Source: Candidatus Obscuribacteraceae bacterium
GTDB lineage: Bacteria > Cyanobacteriota > Vampirovibrionia > Obscuribacterales > Obscuribacteraceae
Length of the DNA stretch: 64,000 bases
Direction: 5' to 3'
Assembly: GCA_044229845.1 (NCBI GenBank)
Contig: JBGASG010000006.1
Coordinates: 64,001-128,000 of the forward strand
Both the position numbers and the translations under genes were made by a program. Positions 60,174-64,000 of the stretch are shown here, in pieces. The notes under the pieces are model-generated. The model searched no databases. It was given only the letters and a program-made list of their open reading frames with translations, and was not told the origin of the DNA. How positions within the stretch are numbered: the first letter of the stretch is position 1; every line of letters begins with the position of its first letter.

Positions 60174-60867
60174 CCAGCGCCTTCGCATACAGCGCTCGAC
60201 ATTTACGGGCAAACAGCTCGGCCGCCCGTTCATGATCAGCGGTGCGCATCACCTGCGCTTTGCGCTTTCCCTTGAAGTGCTGAATCAGGTGATGCCCCAC
60301 CTCGTGCATCAGCACCTCGAACAGCATGTAATCCCGTAATCCATTCTCATCCCAGGAAATGATGTTGCGCAGGCCGTCATCGGATGTTTCTATCTGCGCG
60401 CCACATTGCTGCAATTCCTTCTTGTCGTGCCTCGAAAGTTTACTCGGCACAAACCAGGGAGAGACGGGCTGCTCATACAAAACGACTTTGCCCGGCACAA
60501 ACAAACGCCCGAATAACAAGTTTCTTCCAGGCTTGGCGCTCGCCGGTGCCTGGGACAAATGAATCTCTTTGATGCCGTAAAACGCCCGCGCACCGAAGAA
60601 CTGCAGCAGTTGCTCGATGTCATTCTTGCCGGCCGGATGGTGCTGGTTTCTTCGCGCACGTTCTACAGTGATGCGCGGCAACCGAGGCTGCGGAATGTCA
60701 TCTTCGCCCGCATCGTCAAATTCTTCCGCTGCAATTCCCAATTGCTTAAGCAATGCACCGGCGCGCCGAGCCGCACTGATATCGCCGGCACCGCGCGGTT
60801 CGCGAGGCAGGCGCACCCGACGGGCGGCAATAATTTCTTGTGGTCGCGTGTGTTTGCTTCTGGACAA
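60166..60867 (-). CDS. HExxH zinc metallopeptidase-like protein
   Basis: VLMHEVGHH...HERAAE. Confidence 0.7.
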   Translation of the reverse strand: MSRSKHTRPQEIIAARRVRLPREPRGAGDISAARRAGALLKQLGIAAEEFDDAGEDDIPQPRLPRITVERARRNQHHPAGKNDIEQLLQFFGARAFYGIKEIHLSQAPASAKPGRNLLFGRLFVPGKVVLYEQPVSPWFVPSKLSRHDKKELQQCGAQIETSDDGLRNIISWDENGLRDYMLFEVLMHEVGHHLIQHFKGKRKAQVMRTADHERAAELFARKCRALYAKALDA

Positions 60868-60901
60868 ACTGAATCGGTCCTTCCATGCTCGGAAAACTCA
60901 A

Positions 60902-61765
60902 CTATAACAGTTTCCCCAGAACCTCCCCCAGCTTCTCGTGCAAGAGGAAGTGCCCATAGTCAGGCAACGCAATCAACTGGCAGTCCGCCATTTGGTCCGC
61001 GTATCGCTGCCCCATCGTCAGGGGACAGAGATTGTCCTGCATGCCCTGCCAGGCGATCACCTTCGTTTTAATATCAATCAGTTCAAATCCCCACGGCGAG
61101 CCGACCGCCTTGTAATCAGCGAGCACCCCGTCCGAACCTTGCCGCAGCGCCTCGCGAAAAAACTTGGCGACGAAGTCGGCCGGCGCTTCGCGAATCACAC
61201 GCCGGTCTCGCTCGCAATGGAGGTGGGCGACCAGCCAGGCATCCAGCGACCATGGTGGCATATGGCGCACGGTTTGCAAAATCGCCGACAATATCGGGGC
61301 CAGCGTCGCATCACATTTGAGCAACAAGCGATCCTCGACCCAGCCGAGCTGTTTGAGCGACAGCGAATCGGCAGGACCCATACCACCGACGGTGCCCACC
61401 ATCGAGACCAGATGCGGCAAAGCAAAACCGCAAACCAGTGCGTAGGCGCCACCGAGTGACCAACCCAATACGGGAAAGTTGCGGATGGAAAGTTGCGAAG
61501 CCAATTCCTCGATGTCGGCGGCAAAGCTACGTAAAGTGCGCTCCGGCAAATGATCCGAGAGCCCCATGCCGGGACGATCGACTGCCAGCAAACGGACTCC
61601 CATATCACTGCAAATCTGATCGGCGAACGAGATATCGTACCGACTGGACAGACCGCCATGGCAGTAAATCACCGGTTTGCCGCCGGAGGCGCCATATTGA
61701 GCAAAGCCAAGCAGGCGCCCGTCTTTGAGGCGAATTTGCTGACTGTCGAGTGCGCTATTATTCAC
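60902..61765 (-). CDS. Alpha/beta hydrolase
   Basis: HGG, DRPG.G.S, GWSLGG, D and GH. Confidence 0.92.
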   Translation of the reverse strand: MNNSALDSQQIRLKDGRLLGFAQYGASGGKPVIYCHGGLSSRYDISFADQICSDMGVRLLAVDRPGMGLSDHLPERTLRSFAADIEELASQLSIRNFPVLGWSLGGAYALVCGFALPHLVSMVGTVGGMGPADSLSLKQLGWVEDRLLLKCDATLAPILSAILQTVRHMPPWSLDAWLVAHLHCERDRRVIREAPADFVAKFFREALRQGSDGVLADYKAVGSPWGFELIDIKTKVIAWQGMQDNLCPLTMGQRYADQMADCQLIALPDYGHFLLHEKLGEVLGKLL

Positions 61766-61838
61766 TGGGACCCATGTGTTTTACGTCACATTCGTCTATT
61801 ATGCTGCTCGGAAACCTTACTCTCCTGAGACCACCATC

Positions 61839-62975
61839 ATGCAATCAGTCAACGCAACCGCGACCAGCCGTCAAGATATCCTCGATCTGCTTCGTTTGCA
61901 TGGTCGTGGATCGCTATCGTATTCGGCGCTGCAAGAAGGCATGCTCTGGTATGTCAAGCCGGGCATCGGACTGATTCAATACGAGCAGTTGCAACCCATC
62001 TCGCACAGCCCGATCGTTCTCGGCGACCCAATTTGCCAGCCGGAACATGCAGATGAGCTGCTCAGCGATTTTATGATCGCGCATCCGGATCCGGCGTTCA
62101 TTCACATTTCTGCCGAGACAGGGAAGGTGCTGGAAAAGCATGGATTTTACGTGAACGAGATGGGCGTCGAAACCCTGATCGAGATTCAGAACTTTACGCT
62201 CAGCGGTTCGAAAAAGGAATTTCTGCGCAGCCAAAAAAATCGCGCCGGGAAAGACGGCGTCGTGGTGCGCGAATTACAAGAAGCCAACATATCGTCTGAC
62301 AAACTGCGCCACATCAGCGAAGAGTGGATGCACCGCAAGGCTAATCACGACCATGAGCTGTCGTTTCTCGTGCGACCGGCCGTCTTCGAAAACGAGCCGG
62401 ACGTGCGCAAGTTCGTGGCTATGCAACATGAGGAAGTGATTGGGTTTGTCTTTTTCGATCCCATGTATCGCGATGGCAAACCGTACGGCTACATGGCCAA
62501 CATTTTGCGGACGCTCGGTGAACGCTCATACAGCATTACCGATTTCATCATTCTGGAAGCGATGGAAAAGTTCAAACGCGAAGGAGTGGAGACGCTGTCG
62601 CTGGGCTTCGTGCCTTTCTACGGCGTCGACGACAAAGGCGAGTTTCATTACAGCAAGCCGCTGCACGACATGTTCAAGTACACCTACGAACATGCAAATC
62701 ACTTATACAGTTTCAAGTCTCTGGCATTCCACAAAGAACGTTATCGTCCGGATCAGCCCGGGGCCTGCGACGTAAAGGTTTACGCCGGCACCAAACACGT
62801 GCTGCCAATGTTCACGCTCTACGGTGTCTTCCGCAAAATGGGAATCCACCCGGTGACGCAAACACTTGAACAGGCAGTGGAATGCACCGAGCAAATGATC
62901 AAGAGCGTACCGGAAGAGTTGCACCACCTGATTCAGCACTGGCGAGCGCGTCCTGAACCGGCAGCCAACTCTTGA
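61839..62975 (+). CDS. Stand-alone DUF2156 / MprF-type aminoacyltransferase domain protein
   Basis: LGDPIC, G.E..I....F.L.G, GFVFFDP, LSLG..P and L.FHK.RY. No flippase TM domain. Confidence 0.82.
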   Translation: MQSVNATATSRQDILDLLRLHGRGSLSYSALQEGMLWYVKPGIGLIQYEQLQPISHSPIVLGDPICQPEHADELLSDFMIAHPDPAFIHISAETGKVLEKHGFYVNEMGVETLIEIQNFTLSGSKKEFLRSQKNRAGKDGVVVRELQEANISSDKLRHISEEWMHRKANHDHELSFLVRPAVFENEPDVRKFVAMQHEEVIGFVFFDPMYRDGKPYGYMANILRTLGERSYSITDFIILEAMEKFKREGVETLSLGFVPFYGVDDKGEFHYSKPLHDMFKYTYEHANHLYSFKSLAFHKERYRPDQPGACDVKVYAGTKHVLPMFTLYGVFRKMGIHPVTQTLEQAVECTEQMIKSVPEELHHLIQHWRARPEPAANS

Positions 62976-62991
62976 AGACCGGTATTTTTAT

Positions 62992-63273
62992 CTAGACCTC
63001 TTCGTCAAGCTTGTAAAGAGCGGCAATGCGATCGGCTTCGTTACGGTATTGCTCAGCTTGTCCCATATTGCCCTGCTGTTCACAAACCTGAGTCAGCATG
63101 ACGTAGACAAGTCCTACTTCGCCGCGATTGGCGCCGAAGATTTGCAACCCCTGCTCGAGTGCCTGATTGAGAAGCTTTTCGCATTTAGTAAGTTCGCCAC
63201 GGCCCATCAGCCGTCGAATGACAGCCATCAGTTCCTTCCAAGCTTGCAGCTTGTCCATGCAAACGTTGTACAT
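62992..63273 (-). CDS. Small TPR protein
   Basis: G....CE.LL.QAL....IFG....VG..Y..L.......G....AEQY. Confidence 0.7.
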   Translation of the reverse strand: MYNVCMDKLQAWKELMAVIRRLMGRGELTKCEKLLNQALEQGLQIFGANRGEVGLVYVMLTQVCEQQGNMGQAEQYRNEADRIAALYKLDEEV

Positions 63274-63499
63274 CTCGTCACCTCAGCACACAGAACGGGA
63301 TACCATTTTTAGTCTAGCCTGCCTCATGTGAACCTTGCACGACATGGGCGTGAGCTTTGCGCGAGCCTTGCATGATCTTTTGGTGAGCCGAACGTGAGCT
63401 TTGTGTGAGCAGTACCCCTTTAATTAATCTGCGATTTGGTCTAAAGTTACCTGCCATGGCATCTTCGGTAACCTGTCATTCCCGTCCTGGAAACAGCTG

Positions 63500-64000
63500 A
63501 TGGCGAAGATTTTACTTGTCGAGGACGATCTGGGCGTTGCGCAGCTGATTGAGTTCACGCTGGAGTCAGAACGTTATGTCATCGACCACTACACCCGCGT
63601 CAATGACGCCCTGGCAGCGTTGAAAACTGCTGAGTACGATCTATTGATATTGGATTGGGCATTGCCGGACAACACGGGCGTCGAACTGTGCAAGCAATAT
63701 CGATCCATGGGCGGCAGCAAGCCGGTTCTCATGTTGACTGCTCGCGAATCCAGTCGAGACAAAGTAGCGGGATTGAATGCCGGCGCCGACGATTATGTCG
63801 TGAAGCCATTCGATCCCGACGAGCTGGTGGCGCGGGCGAAAGCGCTCTTACGCCGCCCGCCGGTGATCGCCGGTTCTATACTCAAAGTTTCCTCCATCGA
63901 AATGGACACCAGCAACTTCACTGTCAAACTGGCTGGACAATCAATCTCTCTCTTGCCCAAGGAATTTGCTATCCTGCAACTGTTGATGGAACATCCAGAC
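63500..64000 (+). CDS. OmpR/PhoB-family response regulator (partial, runs off the window)
   Basis: My translation is MAKILLVEDD...YDLLILDWALP..PVLMLTAR..GADDYVVKPFD..LLPKEFAIL. Absent from the ORF track. Confidence 0.93.
   Translation, partial: MAKILLVEDDLGVAQLIEFTLESERYVIDHYTRVNDALAALKTAEYDLLILDWALPDNTGVELCKQYRSMGGSKPVLMLTARESSRDKVAGLNAGADDYVVKPFDPDELVARAKALLRRPPVIAGSILKVSSIEMDTSNFTVKLAGQSISLLPKEFAILQLLMEHPD

Noticed and set aside
63349..63411. Duplicate CGTGAGCTTTGYGYGAGC upstream of the response regulator
   Set aside because: Two copies only, with no further support for a function.
1..64000. tRNA/rRNA genes, including tRNA as an integrase target
   Set aside because: None recognised by eye; the att-like core lies in rhs coding sequence.

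Overview
Bacterial chromosomal window. The gene style suggests Melainabacteria/Obscuribacterales, but that is a weak inference. The left half (~2.4-35.4 kb) is an accessory island built around a giant secreted Rhs/YD-repeat gene (34918->27685, minus strand, split by one frameshift). Its 3' end appears to be the insertion site of a family of small (~4-7 kb) tyrosine-integrase elements stacked in tandem. The 12-bp core AGATTACTTATC, which encodes the I-T-Y of the Rhs motif RLIQITYP, occurs five times: twice inside rhs genes and three times just downstream of an integrase. Each copy opens in frame into a different Rhs core plus C-terminal tip and partner gene, so integration or excision would swap the toxin tip. 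The elements also share an oriT-like TATCCTG^C site, a 16-bp palindrome, an RHH gene and a long hairpin upstream of int. One element carries a class I lanthipeptide operon with an unusual (Gly-Pro)n precursor. An IS110 whose bridge-RNA guides can be read from the sequence sits at the base of one hairpin. An IS66 lacking target duplications joins two convergent arrays. The right half holds a sigma factor, GH25 lysozyme, patatin flanked by two paralogs, an orphan KaiB-like gene, an RlaP-like nucleotidyltransferase pair, a nuclease-STAND NTPase, and ordinary metabolic/stress genes. All calls come from reading motifs by eye; no searches were run.
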